From the IMG/VR virus record IMGVR_UViG_3300045988_181067, positions 297,851 through 361,850 of that record: a DNA stretch of 64,000 nt. One strand, written 5' to 3'. A program made the position numbers and the translations under genes. The DNA is from a virus. Positions 36,515-46,851 of the stretch are shown in pieces. The notes below the pieces were generated by a model. It saw only the letters and a program-made list of their open reading frames with translations. It made no database searches and was not told the origin of the DNA. How positions within the stretch are numbered: the stretch's first letter is position 1; each line of letters starts with the position of its first letter.

Positions 36515-37783
36515 TTATATGCTCCCTTGTAGATACCCATGCGGATGAATTGTATGGTCGTTCTTGGCGTCGCAGCGAGATAAGAGCTTATCCGTGTACA
36601 TTATTGCTCTTTGTACGGAATAGTACCCGAATCGGTTTCTGACTCCATCAATGGCAGCTTCAAGACGTTCCATCTCCTCTTGCTTCTCGGCACTATAATC
36701 GAATGAAATTTGGCAAGGCTCAGTGTCCGGCTGCAGGTCTACTGCCCGTACACCAATGGAACGAAGATGCTCATTCCAATGGTAGTGCTTCTTGTATAGG
36801 GTGAATGCAGCGGTCGCTATCTCTTTTTCCTGCATGGTAGGCTGACTTAGGTGTGTCTGCCGTTCGAAGCTGAACAGGCTAGAATCCCGAAGGCTGACCT
36901 CCACGCCTCGGCATCGGAAATGATTCTCTCGGAGCCGCGCAGCGACGCTTTCTGCGAGCAGATAAATAACTATCCAGACATCTTGGTCGGTCAAAAGGTC
37001 CCGTGGCGTGGTCCAACTGTTGCCGATGCTCTTGATGGGTGCGAGAACTTCCCGTTGCTCGTACTTGGCGACGGGTGCATTATCCAGACCGTTGGCAAAT
37101 CTCCAGAGCAATAATCCTACCTTGCCTAGCTTTTGCTGCAGAAATTCTGGTCTACTCTTTGCTAAAGCCCCTATCGTATGGATAGCATAGCCGTCTAACT
37201 TGGAAGCAGTCTTTTTCCCTACATAGAGCAAGTCCGATGCAGGCAGCGGGAAAACTATCTTCTCAAAGTTCTGCCTATTGATAACCGTAATGGCATCCGG
37301 CTTTTTATAATCTGAGCCGAGCTTAGCTAATGTTTTGTTCCAGCTCACTCCAACCGAACATGTAATGCCAAGTTCGTCCTTGATTGTATCGGAAATTTTC
37401 CTTGCTATCCTCTCCCCTGTTCCAAAAAGAGACTGGCTCGCTGTGCAATCAAGCCATGCCTCATCCAAGCCAAACGGTTCGACCTGGTCTGTATAGCGCA
37501 AGAAGATTTCTCTGGTATAGCTGCTGAAGCGCGTATAGAGGTCATAGTGAGCTGGAACGAAGATGATGTCCCGGCAATGCTGCTGTGCCTCCCATAACGG
37601 CATACCGGTTTTTACGCCCATCCGCTTAGCCAGGTATGAAGCAGTCAATACGATACCGCTTCTTCTTTCTGGGTCACCGCATACAGCAATCGGCTTTCCA
37701 TGCAGTTCCGGGTGGTATGCCATTTCGCAACTAGCGTAGAAACAATTCATATCGCAATGAAGGATAACTCGCTCTTTTGCCAT
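36515..37783 (-). CDS. Y-family DNA polymerase (DinB/UmuC-like, translesion)
   Basis: Catalytic DMNCFYASCE; start MAKERV after GAAGGTG. Confidence 0.85.
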   Translation of the reverse strand: MAKERVILHCDMNCFYASCEMAYHPELHGKPIAVCGDPERRSGIVLTASYLAKRMGVKTGMPLWEAQQHCRDIIFVPAHYDLYTRFSSYTREIFLRYTDQVEPFGLDEAWLDCTASQSLFGTGERIARKISDTIKDELGITCSVGVSWNKTLAKLGSDYKKPDAITVINRQNFEKIVFPLPASDLLYVGKKTASKLDGYAIHTIGALAKSRPEFLQQKLGKVGLLLWRFANGLDNAPVAKYEQREVLAPIKSIGNSWTTPRDLLTDQDVWIVIYLLAESVAARLRENHFRCRGVEVSLRDSSLFSFERQTHLSQPTMQEKEIATAAFTLYKKHYHWNEHLRSIGVRAVDLQPDTEPCQISFDYSAEKQEEMERLEAAIDGVRNRFGYYSVQRAIMYTDKLLSRCDAKNDHTIHPHGYLQGSI

Positions 37784-37991
37784 TTTCACAGACACCTTCT
37801 TCCCGTCGTTGTATTCGGTTGTTTCTTAGTCTTATTTGTTGTTTTATGTCGTATTTAGTATAGCAAATACAACCGTAGGTTGCAACACCAATTAGAAAAT
37901 TTTGCAGTTGCAGTCCATGTAAAGACCCTCCACCTGCGAAAAGTCTTGACAAAAAGAAAGAGAGGAGCTTGCCCGGCTCCCCTCTTTTGAT

Positions 37992-39689
37992 TTATTCTAA
38001 AACATTCAATCGCTTGAGTTCCTCGTATACACTTCTTCCAACGAGACTCAGTGATGTGACATCGCTGATGTATCCAACCGGAACACCTTTACGCTCTGCT
38101 AAATCCTTGATGGGTGTGTACTCCTTGTGGCTCATGCTGTCGGTCTTGAATAGAACGGCTGCCGCACCATCCAGTTGCTTGTCCGCAGTCATGGCTTTGT
38201 CCTTCTCAATGACCGCTGCATCCGGGTACTTCTGCGCGAATTTGGTCATGATGTTAGGATGTCCGCCGATAATTACGACCTTTTTGGATGCGAAGAGTTT
38301 CTTTAGTTCCTCCGCACAATCGACTTCCAGCTCCGCCGGTACGACGGGAGTATCCTCGACAGGCTCTGCAGGAACTTCTTTTCGTAACCGCTCGTTTTCT
38401 TCCTGCAGAACTCTGAGTTTTTCCTCAAGAGCTGCAATCTGCTCCTGCTGCGTCTCGACCTTGGACTGGATACCGGCGTAGCGGTTCCGGGCATCCTCTG
38501 CCGCTCGTTCAGCAGCATCCGCACGAGACTTATACGCTTTCAGTTCGTCCTTCTGCCGTTGCAACTTCTCATCATCGGAAGCAATCCTGCGCTGGCATCG
38601 TTTCAGCTCGACATTCAGTCTTGCGCCTTGCGGGTTAAAGAAGTAGTCATGCAATGCCTCCAGAATAGTCTTCTTGTTCCTTTCGCACATAAGAGTGTAA
38701 TATGTCGAATTGAAGAGAGCGATGGTAAATGCCTCTCTCTTTTCCTTTGCTGCTGTGATTACGTCATCATCATACGCGGATTTTTTCCCGGTATCAATGG
38801 CTTCCCATACTTGTTCGATTGGGAACTCCACATTATCAATGTTCGCGGCAGTATACGCTGTGACAGCGATATTCATTGTCATCTCTTTTGTGATGACATG
38901 GTCGTCCATTGTTTTTGTATTTGCTAAACCGCTGGCGCTGAATGTAGAGATGATAGGAATTTGGAGTAGGTCTGATTTCTCTTTTTCGGTATTGGTTCTT
39001 GCTCGCATCGTGCCCATGTCCTTTGCCCATACAGAACCAAAGTTTTTAGAAGCAAAACGCTGGCGGACAATAGTGCGATATAGATAGTCATAGCGTTCCA
39101 TATAACGCACTTTTGCTGTGGTATTTGCGCTTTCCAGCAGCATGATGGCTACAAGTGCATTTGTGTAGATTTCATCACGGCATGTTTCAAAGTTTCTATA
39201 TTGTGGTGCATATGCAACGAAGAACGCTCTGGAGGATGTGCCCAGTAGGTTCTGAGCAAATGCGTCATAAGCTATGGTATATTTGCTTTGGTCATTATTC
39301 GGCGCTGCGTCTATTTTCTGATATGTTGTTTTGAGAGCTTTTTCGTCTATTGGCGGAAGCTTTTCTTTTTTGGTGCTTCTCATGTATACCGACAACAGTT
39401 CCCCTGCAACTCTCGGCTCGTTTGCCTCATCATCATGGAAGATACATGCCATACATAGGACAGCATCACGGCATTGCTGTGAATTCAACCCTAGAATGAA
39501 GTGCAGCAGATATCTTCCCTTACAGATATCTTTGATGTATTCATCGACTTCTTCCCTGTGCTGCTCACGGTATTCGTTCGCAAATTTAATACATGCGCCA
39601 CTTCTACTTGCAAATAGTGCCATACGCTCGGCGTATTTGTCGAGCAATTCACCGAGGGTCATTTCTTTTGGAATGTTGGTATTTGCCAT
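37992..39689 (-). CDS. hypothetical protein with central coiled coil and C-terminal DUF2325-like domain
   Basis: 565 aa; coiled coil QRQKDELKAYKSRADAAERAAEDARNRY; C-terminal KKVVIIGGHPN. Confidence 0.5.
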   Translation of the reverse strand: MANTNIPKEMTLGELLDKYAERMALFASRSGACIKFANEYREQHREEVDEYIKDICKGRYLLHFILGLNSQQCRDAVLCMACIFHDDEANEPRVAGELLSVYMRSTKKEKLPPIDEKALKTTYQKIDAAPNNDQSKYTIAYDAFAQNLLGTSSRAFFVAYAPQYRNFETCRDEIYTNALVAIMLLESANTTAKVRYMERYDYLYRTIVRQRFASKNFGSVWAKDMGTMRARTNTEKEKSDLLQIPIISTFSASGLANTKTMDDHVITKEMTMNIAVTAYTAANIDNVEFPIEQVWEAIDTGKKSAYDDDVITAAKEKREAFTIALFNSTYYTLMCERNKKTILEALHDYFFNPQGARLNVELKRCQRRIASDDEKLQRQKDELKAYKSRADAAERAAEDARNRYAGIQSKVETQQEQIAALEEKLRVLQEENERLRKEVPAEPVEDTPVVPAELEVDCAEELKKLFASKKVVIIGGHPNIMTKFAQKYPDAAVIEKDKAMTADKQLDGAAAVLFKTDSMSHKEYTPIKDLAERKGVPVGYISDVTSLSLVGRSVYEELKRLNVLE

Positions 39690-39742
39690 ATTTTTTCTCT
39701 CACTGTTGGTATTCAGATATGTTTTCTCGGGCTGTATCTGCG

Positions 39743-40537
39743 TTATGGTTTGTGTTTAATGTGCCGAATCGGTACTCCCATCTCATCCTGCTTCTTTTTC
39801 TGAAGAAGGTCTGAGAACAGTATTAGCTTGCAGGAATGTGCAGGTTGTGGACTATCCGGAAAACCGGCAAATTGTATCTTGCAGTCGAGCGCTGTCTCTA
39901 AAGAGACAATACGGGAATAGTCCCTGTCGAGAGGCAAGCCACTCTCGTTTTCATTCAACATGAAGATGCTGGACAGCCATCTGCCGGGACCTGTAACAAA
40001 ATCTGTGTCTATGCTTGTTTCAAGAAGCTCCGTACCTAGAAACAGAGGCGATTCGAGTCTCGGATGTTCCTCTTCGTCGAATCCGAAGCTGTAGACGAGT
40101 GCGCAGTTTGGAGATGGTGTTCTTACCGTACAGCGGAACTTTTCATCCGGATACGCAACACATCTCGTCAAGCGATAGGCAAACGGTCCTGCACAGCTTG
40201 TGGCAAAGTTGAAGTATTCTACCCATGCGTCAAGTGTGGTTATCAAGTATGCCGACGCGGCATCTCTTATATACTCCACAGCCTTCTCTTGATTCGTATA
40301 CAGAAGGTCGCCTTCCGGAGTACCTCTCCCCTGCTGCATCTGAAAGCCGTCTTCCTCGTCGTAGACGGCTTTTACTTTGCCTGCTTTGATTTTAAGTCTT
40401 GAGAAAGCAAAGGCTCCATCATAGTGTGTGAAGCCGTACTCTCTGGTATCTATGCGCAGAACCCCTTTTATGACGAATTCGGAATCATAGTAGCTGACTT
40501 TTTCGTAGCGTGTGGCATATGCCTGTATTATGCTCAT
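39743..40537 (-). CDS. hypothetical protein
   Basis: 264 aa. Confidence 0.5.
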   Translation of the reverse strand: MSIIQAYATRYEKVSYYDSEFVIKGVLRIDTREYGFTHYDGAFAFSRLKIKAGKVKAVYDEEDGFQMQQGRGTPEGDLLYTNQEKAVEYIRDAASAYLITTLDAWVEYFNFATSCAGPFAYRLTRCVAYPDEKFRCTVRTPSPNCALVYSFGFDEEEHPRLESPLFLGTELLETSIDTDFVTGPGRWLSSIFMLNENESGLPLDRDYSRIVSLETALDCKIQFAGFPDSPQPAHSCKLILFSDLLQKKKQDEMGVPIRHIKHKP

Positions 40538-40582
40538 GCTGATAACCTCTTCGTTCCCTCTGCCGCCTCTGTTCTGGAATGG

Positions 40583-40837
40583 TTAATCCCATATCTTGAG
40601 AGGTGGTTTCTCTTTGCCGGTGTATGGTGCTGGCATCGGCTGCCAAGCAACTATCATGCCTTCCGGCCATGCCCACTCGTGCAGCGGTCCGTCCCACCAT
40701 TCACCATACTCAAAGAACGCGGTTGTCGTCATGGTCGGCTTCTGTCGTGTGACAATGTATTTCCCGGCTTTCTTCGGATTGCCTTCTTTCTCGATGGGTG
40801 TCCATTCTGTGGTAAATGACTTTTCTTCGATGTCCAT
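40583..40837 (-). CDS. small Trp-rich hypothetical protein
   Basis: 84 aa. Confidence 0.4.
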   Translation of the reverse strand: MDIEEKSFTTEWTPIEKEGNPKKAGKYIVTRQKPTMTTTAFFEYGEWWDGPLHEWAWPEGMIVAWQPMPAPYTGKEKPPLKIWD

Positions 40838-41410
40838 GAAAGACTCCTTTCTTGGTCTTTTTTGTTTCCTACATTATTATATATATTATACGACATAAAG
40901 TAGCAATTATCAATCTGAATTTCACAGGAAACAAAGTGATGACTCGGGCGCTTGTTCTGCATCGGCAAGACTCTTTCGTTCTGGATGAACTATACCTCCC
41001 TCAATTGAGTAAACATCCACGGTATGCTGTGCTGCGTTGTTTGGTTGTCGCATGTCCTCCGTGTGAGACAACCGAGTTTCTCAGCATCCTCCATATAGGT
41101 TGTCGTATATCGGTGTACCGACATAGTGCCGGTATGCCGATTTTTTGTGTATACGGCTGAAGAAAACTCTCAGTTGGATGTATGAGCTGCGTTTCCTTCT
41201 AATTTTGTGCGTTTGCCACTTTTCCCTACGAATAATTGGAGCATCTGTACACTTTTTACATGGAAACTTTGTTTTATTCCAGCATTTTCCTGCTGGTGAG
41301 CCTATTGAGAGAAATTTTCTGAACAACTTTTCAAAAATATTTTCTGATTTCGTTTGGACAGCAACAGGAGATTCTTTCACGCAAAAAATCAAACTTGCTT
41401 CGGGTGAGGA

Positions 41411-41715
41411 GTAGCAAGTGTTTAGCAAGTCCGTAGCAAGTCCAATGTCTACTTTTTCTCTGCGAATGTCTACTTTTACGGAGGTAATGTTCACTTTTTA
41501 CGCAGCCACCCATTTAATTCGGCTTTTTCGTAAAAACACATCTAATCTGGAACCGCTGCTCTTGACTTGCTGTGCGAGCTATTTGTAGAAAGCTATGACA
41601 AGTGCTTAGCTAGTTTGAAGTAAGTTCGTAGCAAGTTTTTTCGTCTATAGCTCCAAGTTAGTTCCAAGATGATTCCAACATAGACCCAAGTTAGTTGCAA
41701 ATATGATGCAATCCG
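41411..41715. repeat. Iteron-like array: 11-bp-phased (G/T)TAGCAAGT repeats, 21-bp-phased AATGTCTACTTTT repeats, CCAAGTTAGTT repeats
   Basis: GTAGCAAGTGT TTAGCAAGTCC GTAGCAAGTCC at 41411-41443; three 21-bp units 41444-41506; second cluster 41596-41715. Confidence 0.55.
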
Positions 41716-41884
41716 GTTGTAATAGCATGCGACTAAATGTCTCTGCTTTGCTGTTTTCTTGGTTGCAATTTGCGTTCTAAACTTGCGTCTTGTTTTGTGT
41801 TTTACGCAAAAGAACATTTAATTCGACTTTTTTACAAAGGTACATCTAATACTGGATAAATTCGCTTGACATGGCGTGCGATGC
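41498..41884. repeat. Two ~85-bp direct repeats (about 70% identity) ending in CTTGAC..GTGCGA
   Basis: 41498-41579 and 41802-41884. Confidence 0.45.
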
Positions 41885-41901
41885 TCTTTGGCTACGCTAC
41901 C

Positions 41902-41969
41902 AACAACCGGCTTGTGGTAGCAGCTACGCTTCCGTCGTCTAAGAAGTCAATACATGGTAGCTATGCTCT
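41902..41969. repeat. ~68-bp repeat containing GCAGCTACGCTTCCGTCGTC (copy 1)
   Basis: About 85% identical to 45349-45420; AGCTACGC 8-mer recurs in several intergenic regions. Confidence 0.55.
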
Positions 41970-42516
41970 CACGGATGAACGAGGAGTACCTACGGTTTGT
42001 TTGTGCCTACGGTATGGAAATGTTTCATCGCCGTGCGGGGTGGGACCGCCTCCATTCCAAATACGACATCTACATCTGTCAGATACTGCGTGGTCGGTTG
42101 TCTCATATCCACGGAAATCACAGATATGAACCTTCGTAGTTCAGTTTTGTGATTCGTTGGCCTATGGCTCATTGCGCAATATTTCCAAAATGTGGTCTGC
42201 TATTTGGAGGAGGCAATACGCTCTGGCTGCCACTTATCCTCTACCCTTCTGCTTTGCCGTTATCTCCAGCCCGCCGGGCAGATACCGAACATATCGCCTG
42301 CAGCAACCTTCCAGAACGGAATATATAGTAGCGCTAATATAGAAAGTGGCTCTTGTGTATTATAGCGACTCGCGAGTGTGTTGCTACGGCTCTTTATATA
42401 CTACAGCAGCGCTACAGCCAGCCGCTTTTTAACTTCTCTTATAAAGACCAGCAAACTACTTATACAAAAAGAAAAACGCACCACAGAGGCTCAGTGCCCC
42501 TATGATGTGTATGCTT

Positions 42517-43362
42517 TTATCGGAGGTAGTCGCTCAGCTTGATGACGGATACCGACTCAATGGATGTATCTATATCAAGGTATGTGCAGTTGCTGTTTGA
42601 CCTATCTATACGGACAATCTCTTTATGAGGGATATGCCCAAAGATATAGAGAGTATTCTGATGGTCCGGCAGCATCTCTGCCTTATCGTAGTCATTTACC
42701 TTTCCGAAAGGATTGTTGTGTGTAATGACTACCTGCTTAAATTTCTCTGTAGTGGAAGGCGTGATGTTGAGTTCCTGCGTATTGTTTTCAAAGACAGCTT
42801 CAAAATTTTCTCTTGTTTTCTTCGTGCCCATAAGGAACTCGTAGATGGTATGCTCAGCGTTGTACGGATTGCCGCACATGTTGTCGAGGATGTAAAGAAC
42901 GATTTTCCAGAGACTGTCACTTTCCCATGCGAGCGTATAGGTGATGAACATCTTTTGCCAGCCTTCGAAGGTATGTGGTCTTGAGGCAAGAATTTTCTTT
43001 CTCTCTTCTAAGCTACATCTAAGTCCTTCAAGTTCTTCTTTCGTTCTGAAGATATGCTCTCCCTGCTTGTAGTGCAGGAATACCCATGCTGCAAGCTTTC
43101 TTACTGTAGGAGATTGCGCGAGTGATTTGTAGTACCATAGCATTTGCCGGTGCTCGTATTCATGGTTGCCGAGAACGAGGTGTACGGTATCTTTATGGTC
43201 TGCAATGAAGTTCACGACCTTTGCATTCTCAATGCCACGGTCTACTACATCGCCGACAAAGATGAGCTTGTCAGTTTTCTCATCCCAATTGGATGCAACG
43301 AGCGCTTCTATGAGTTTTTTGAAGTCTCCGTGAACATCTCCTACTACATAGATACCATTCAT
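42517..43362 (-). CDS. Calcineurin-like metallophosphoesterase
   Basis: GDVHGD, GDVVDRG, GNHE motifs; start MNGIYVVGDVHGD. Confidence 0.7.
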   Translation of the reverse strand: MNGIYVVGDVHGDFKKLIEALVASNWDEKTDKLIFVGDVVDRGIENAKVVNFIADHKDTVHLVLGNHEYEHRQMLWYYKSLAQSPTVRKLAAWVFLHYKQGEHIFRTKEELEGLRCSLEERKKILASRPHTFEGWQKMFITYTLAWESDSLWKIVLYILDNMCGNPYNAEHTIYEFLMGTKKTRENFEAVFENNTQELNITPSTTEKFKQVVITHNNPFGKVNDYDKAEMLPDHQNTLYIFGHIPHKEIVRIDRSNSNCTYLDIDTSIESVSVIKLSDYLR

Positions 43363-44156
43363 GTCTGTTCTCCCCTTCCCCAGCATTCTTTCGTGTTCAC
43401 TTCTGCAACTTGGTTATACAGCACTCTGAGCTTGTACATCGGCTTGTTTACATCTCTGTGCATATGCCCACAAAACCACTGCTTGAACTCCACTCTGCGG
43501 TAGATTTCGTTGAGGTATACTCCAGTTGGGTCGTTGATAGGGCTGCTGTCCCGAAAGTATATCGGCATAAGCATCTGTGGCAACGTGTGCGTCAGAATAA
43601 TGTCTACTTTGTTTCCGTGCTCTTTCAGTGTGTCGAAGCCATGCCATGTCTCTTTCATGGATGGGATTTCCTCGCGCCACCAAGTAACGCCTTCTGTGCG
43701 GTAGATTTTATCGATGGACTCCGCACCACCCATACACCACACGGTCATGCCATCAATCGTGTAATATTCACCGCGCATCAGATGGATGACATTGGATGCT
43801 TCCGGCAAACGCTGAATGAGTCCGCCGTTCCATTGCTCTGTGGGTTGCTCTGCCCAAAATGCGTGGTTATCATGGTTCCCATCAACGAACAGAATATCGC
43901 AAGGAAAAGATGCCAGCCAGTCAGTGTACATCTTGTACGCTCGTGCTGATTTGATGTTATGCTGCGGGTAGTTCTTTGCTTTGAGTTCATTCGCCGGGAT
44001 ACGGTCCGTTGGAAAGAACGGAAGTCCGAAGTCTCCACAAACTACAATAGCATCGTCTTTTGTGAGGTCGCGGTCAAGAAACTTTTTGGGGTTGATTTTG
44101 AAAATCTCATCCGGTCCATGTGTATCTCCAAAGATGTGCAGAAGCACGGTTGTCAC
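43359..44156 (-). CDS. Calcineurin-like metallophosphoesterase (second, divergent)
   Basis: GDTHG, GDFG, GNHD, GHMH motifs; 4-bp overlap with downstream MPE gene. Confidence 0.7.
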   Translation of the reverse strand: MTTVLLHIFGDTHGPDEIFKINPKKFLDRDLTKDDAIVVCGDFGLPFFPTDRIPANELKAKNYPQHNIKSARAYKMYTDWLASFPCDILFVDGNHDNHAFWAEQPTEQWNGGLIQRLPEASNVIHLMRGEYYTIDGMTVWCMGGAESIDKIYRTEGVTWWREEIPSMKETWHGFDTLKEHGNKVDIILTHTLPQMLMPIYFRDSSPINDPTGVYLNEIYRRVEFKQWFCGHMHRDVNKPMYKLRVLYNQVAEVNTKECWGRGEQT

Positions 44157-44188
44157 CTTCTCTCTGTTTCTTCATCTCTTTTTGGATG

Positions 44189-44935
44189 TCACAGCATCAG
44201 AAGCAGGTATTCTGCCTCTTTGTTGCCCTTGTAAGATGCGATTGCCATATTTCGACGGTCGCGTTCCTGTTCCTCTTCCGGATACCAGTCTTCCGTGTAA
44301 TCGTCGCCGAGGAGCTCCTTTACAAAATCCTCGAACGGAATACCGTGAGGCTTCCCGTTTTCATCAAGGTTTTTCTTCGATTCCTCAATGCTTGCATCGA
44401 GGTCTGCTTTTGCTTTTTCTACCCCGTGTGGCTCGACGCCAAAGAATGTCATCTCCCACAACACACGCGACAAACAGAATTCGAGACCGTAGATATAGAT
44501 GCTGGACGGTGCCAGCTTCCATCCGAGAATCTCATCCCAACTGCAAAGTTCAATTGCATAGCGCGTCGGCAGTTCTTGCTGCATCGCTGCGTCCATGATG
44601 TCGTCGGTGCTCATAAATGTCAGCATCTCATCGCTGATAGTTTCTGTCTTTTCCTTGTGCTTTTCTTTCCAAACGCTGAGGTCTTTAGCTTTAATAAGAG
44701 AGACATCGTCGCCTGTGTCGCCGAAATCCTTGCAAACAAGGAGAATACTCTGGTTGGTTTCGACTTTCGGCGTGATGGTCTTCATCCGCATGAACGCTTC
44801 GTTAACCTCTTGCTTTGCACAACCAAGACGGTCGCACTCTTCTCCGTCGCTGTGGTACATCGAGGCAAACGCTTCAGCCAGCTTGTTAACATCACAGTGC
44901 ATGAACGCATCATAAGTATTTGTAAAGTCTCTCAC
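44189..44935 (-). CDS. hypothetical protein
   Basis: 248 aa. Confidence 0.5.
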   Translation of the reverse strand: MRDFTNTYDAFMHCDVNKLAEAFASMYHSDGEECDRLGCAKQEVNEAFMRMKTITPKVETNQSILLVCKDFGDTGDDVSLIKAKDLSVWKEKHKEKTETISDEMLTFMSTDDIMDAAMQQELPTRYAIELCSWDEILGWKLAPSSIYIYGLEFCLSRVLWEMTFFGVEPHGVEKAKADLDASIEESKKNLDENGKPHGIPFEDFVKELLGDDYTEDWYPEEEQERDRRNMAIASYKGNKEAEYLLLML

Positions 44936-45052
44936 GGGTATATCTCCTTCCCTCTCATATCTTCCAGAACGATAGCGCCGCTTATCTATTGCTGTTGCTT
45001 ATCGCTGCGGTAGGAGCTGTTCTGGATAGCATCTCATAACGGTTCGTTCCTG

Positions 45053-45307
45053 TTATCGAGTTGTCTTGCTTGTTGTTCTTTGTTTCCTTTGTGCAGACGC
45101 TTTTTTAATAGTTACTTTTGTCTTCGGATGAAGCTTGTCCTTTACAGCCTCATATTCTTCTTCTGTTCCTTCAAAGGTAATCTTACTTCCTCCGGCAACC
45201 ATTGCCTTCTGCATATCAAGGGAATCAATGCATTGTGGTGATTCTGTGTGAACCCCCACAATGTTTCCGGTGCCTCTCCCTCTTGGACTAATTACCTCAT
45301 AGACCAT
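45053..45307 (-). CDS. hypothetical protein
   Basis: 84 aa. Confidence 0.4.
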   Translation of the reverse strand: MVYEVISPRGRGTGNIVGVHTESPQCIDSLDMQKAMVAGGSKITFEGTEEEYEAVKDKLHPKTKVTIKKASAQRKQRTTSKTTR

Positions 45308-45348
45308 TCTGATATTCCTCCGGTTACAACAAAAGGACGGCGGCTACG

Positions 45349-45420
45349 CAACTGACAACCAGCTTGTGGCAGCAGCTACGCTTCCGTCGTCCGAGAATGC
45401 AGTATATGGCAGCTACGCTC
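45349..45420. repeat. ~70-bp repeat containing GCAGCTACGCTTCCGTCGTC (copy 2)
   Basis: See 41902-41969. Confidence 0.55.
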
Positions 45421-45616
45421 AGTCGTCATCGTCCTCAAGCGCACCTACGGCAAAGAGCAGGTACAGCAAACTGAAATACACAATGGCCGTGCCTGTCGTC
45501 ATCTTATCAGCCAAGCCGGTTACTGCAAAGAATACGCGCATCAGGATAGCCGTTACAATATACTGAGAGTCGACGAATAGAATCGTCCCAATCGTGATTT
45601 TCTCTTTATTCTTCAT
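45419..45616 (-). CDS. small 2-TM membrane protein with acidic tail
   Basis: 65 aa ending EDDDD. Confidence 0.4.
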   Translation of the reverse strand: MKNKEKITIGTILFVDSQYIVTAILMRVFFAVTGLADKMTTGTAIVYFSLLYLLFAVGALEDDDD

Positions 45617-45619
45617 CCT

Positions 45620-46285
45620 TTACTTCTCCTCAAAATAGTTATGCAGAGATTCCGTCACTTTGTCTTGTGTATCGTCACACCAAGTATCAAATGCGTTTGT
45701 CGGGTATCCTGCGTCCTCCACATCTTCCAGCAGCCATGTAGATACCGGCTGTCCGTTTTCAATGCGGATGACAGTAGGGGCGCTGATTCGTTTTTCTCCT
45801 ACTTTGATTTTGTTTTTGTTGTTATCTGCCACCGCGTAGTCGTTCAGGTAGTCGCCGAGCCAATCGAGAAGTTCGTAGTATCCCTTCCCTGCTTCCTGTG
45901 TTTTCACAGGCTTACCGGTAAAAGTATCGAATTCATATTTGTCTCTGTACTCATCGACCTGACAGTAGTAGATGGTCTCGTTTTCTTCTTTTGCTACTTC
46001 TGCAAGTTCTGGAATAAGATTTCGGCAGAAAGGACATTGCGGAAAAGCAAAAACGAGAACACCATCTTTAACTCCCAATGCTTCCTCAGTAGTTACCTTC
46101 TTGAAGGTGTTGTTCCAAGAAAGGTTTACCGGCCGATAGACATTGTCAGAGGCTACGCTAGGTTTCTGATTGTTGTATCCTGCATAGCTTCTGGCAACTA
46201 CAGCTCCATCATCAGCAGCTACGCTAATACAAACTACCATCGCTAAAATTGCGGCTACATACGGAATAATGATTTTCTTTGTCAT
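45620..46285 (-). CDS. secreted thioredoxin-fold protein (CPFC active site)
   Basis: Signal peptide; FPQCPFCRNL. Confidence 0.6.
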   Translation of the reverse strand: MTKKIIIPYVAAILAMVVCISVAADDGAVVARSYAGYNNQKPSVASDNVYRPVNLSWNNTFKKVTTEEALGVKDGVLVFAFPQCPFCRNLIPELAEVAKEENETIYYCQVDEYRDKYEFDTFTGKPVKTQEAGKGYYELLDWLGDYLNDYAVADNNKNKIKVGEKRISAPTVIRIENGQPVSTWLLEDVEDAGYPTNAFDTWCDDTQDKVTESLHNYFEEK

Positions 46286-46410
46286 ATCTAATACCTTCTA
46301 CTTTACATCTGTGGTACGGTATGTAAGGAGCTACGCTTCGTAGTTGGTTGTTATTTTCGGCTACGCATCGCAGCTACGCTTTCATCGTACTATCTTTTAT
46401 TTTCAATTGC

Positions 46411-46439
46411 ATTATACCATAAATTTGTATGTTTTACAA
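46411..46439 (-). promoter_or_regulatory. extended -10 promoter (TTGTAA-17-TGgTATAAT), ~50-bp copy of 3005-3055 region
   Basis: TGCATTATACCATAAATTTGTA shared with 3005 region. Confidence 0.45.
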
Positions 46440-46539
46440 CTTTGGTTGTTAGAAGTTCATAAACTCGTAACAATAAAGGTGGTTAGCAAATGTGGAAGGT
46501 TTATTAGATGACTTGCCATCGCTTTCTTTACTTTGTTAG

Positions 46540-46851
46540 TTAACTGCGCTTTCTGGATGAAATGAGCTCTAAAAGAGATTCTCGGCTTTGGCGTGTGGCT
46601 TTTGGGAGTTTTGATTCGTCCGTGATAGTGATAAGAGGTGCTGTATCTGTCTCTTGCTCACTCTCATGCTTTTCATCTTCTCTTTCATCTTCGTCTCCAA
46701 AATCTTCGAAGAACCAAGCCGCTTGACTTCTTGCAGTGTCCATCGCCGCATAATCTGACAGCATGGTGCATTCATCACAATAAACCTTTGGAACGCCCAC
46801 TCTGCCCTCAAATGCCTTTTTGCAGATAGGGCATACTCGTATTGCTATCAT
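46540..46851 (-). CDS. small zinc-ribbon protein, hypothetical
   Basis: CPICKKAF...CDEC; acidic C-terminus. Confidence 0.45.
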   Translation of the reverse strand: MIAIRVCPICKKAFEGRVGVPKVYCDECTMLSDYAAMDTARSQAAWFFEDFGDEDEREDEKHESEQETDTAPLITITDESKLPKATRQSRESLLELISSRKRS

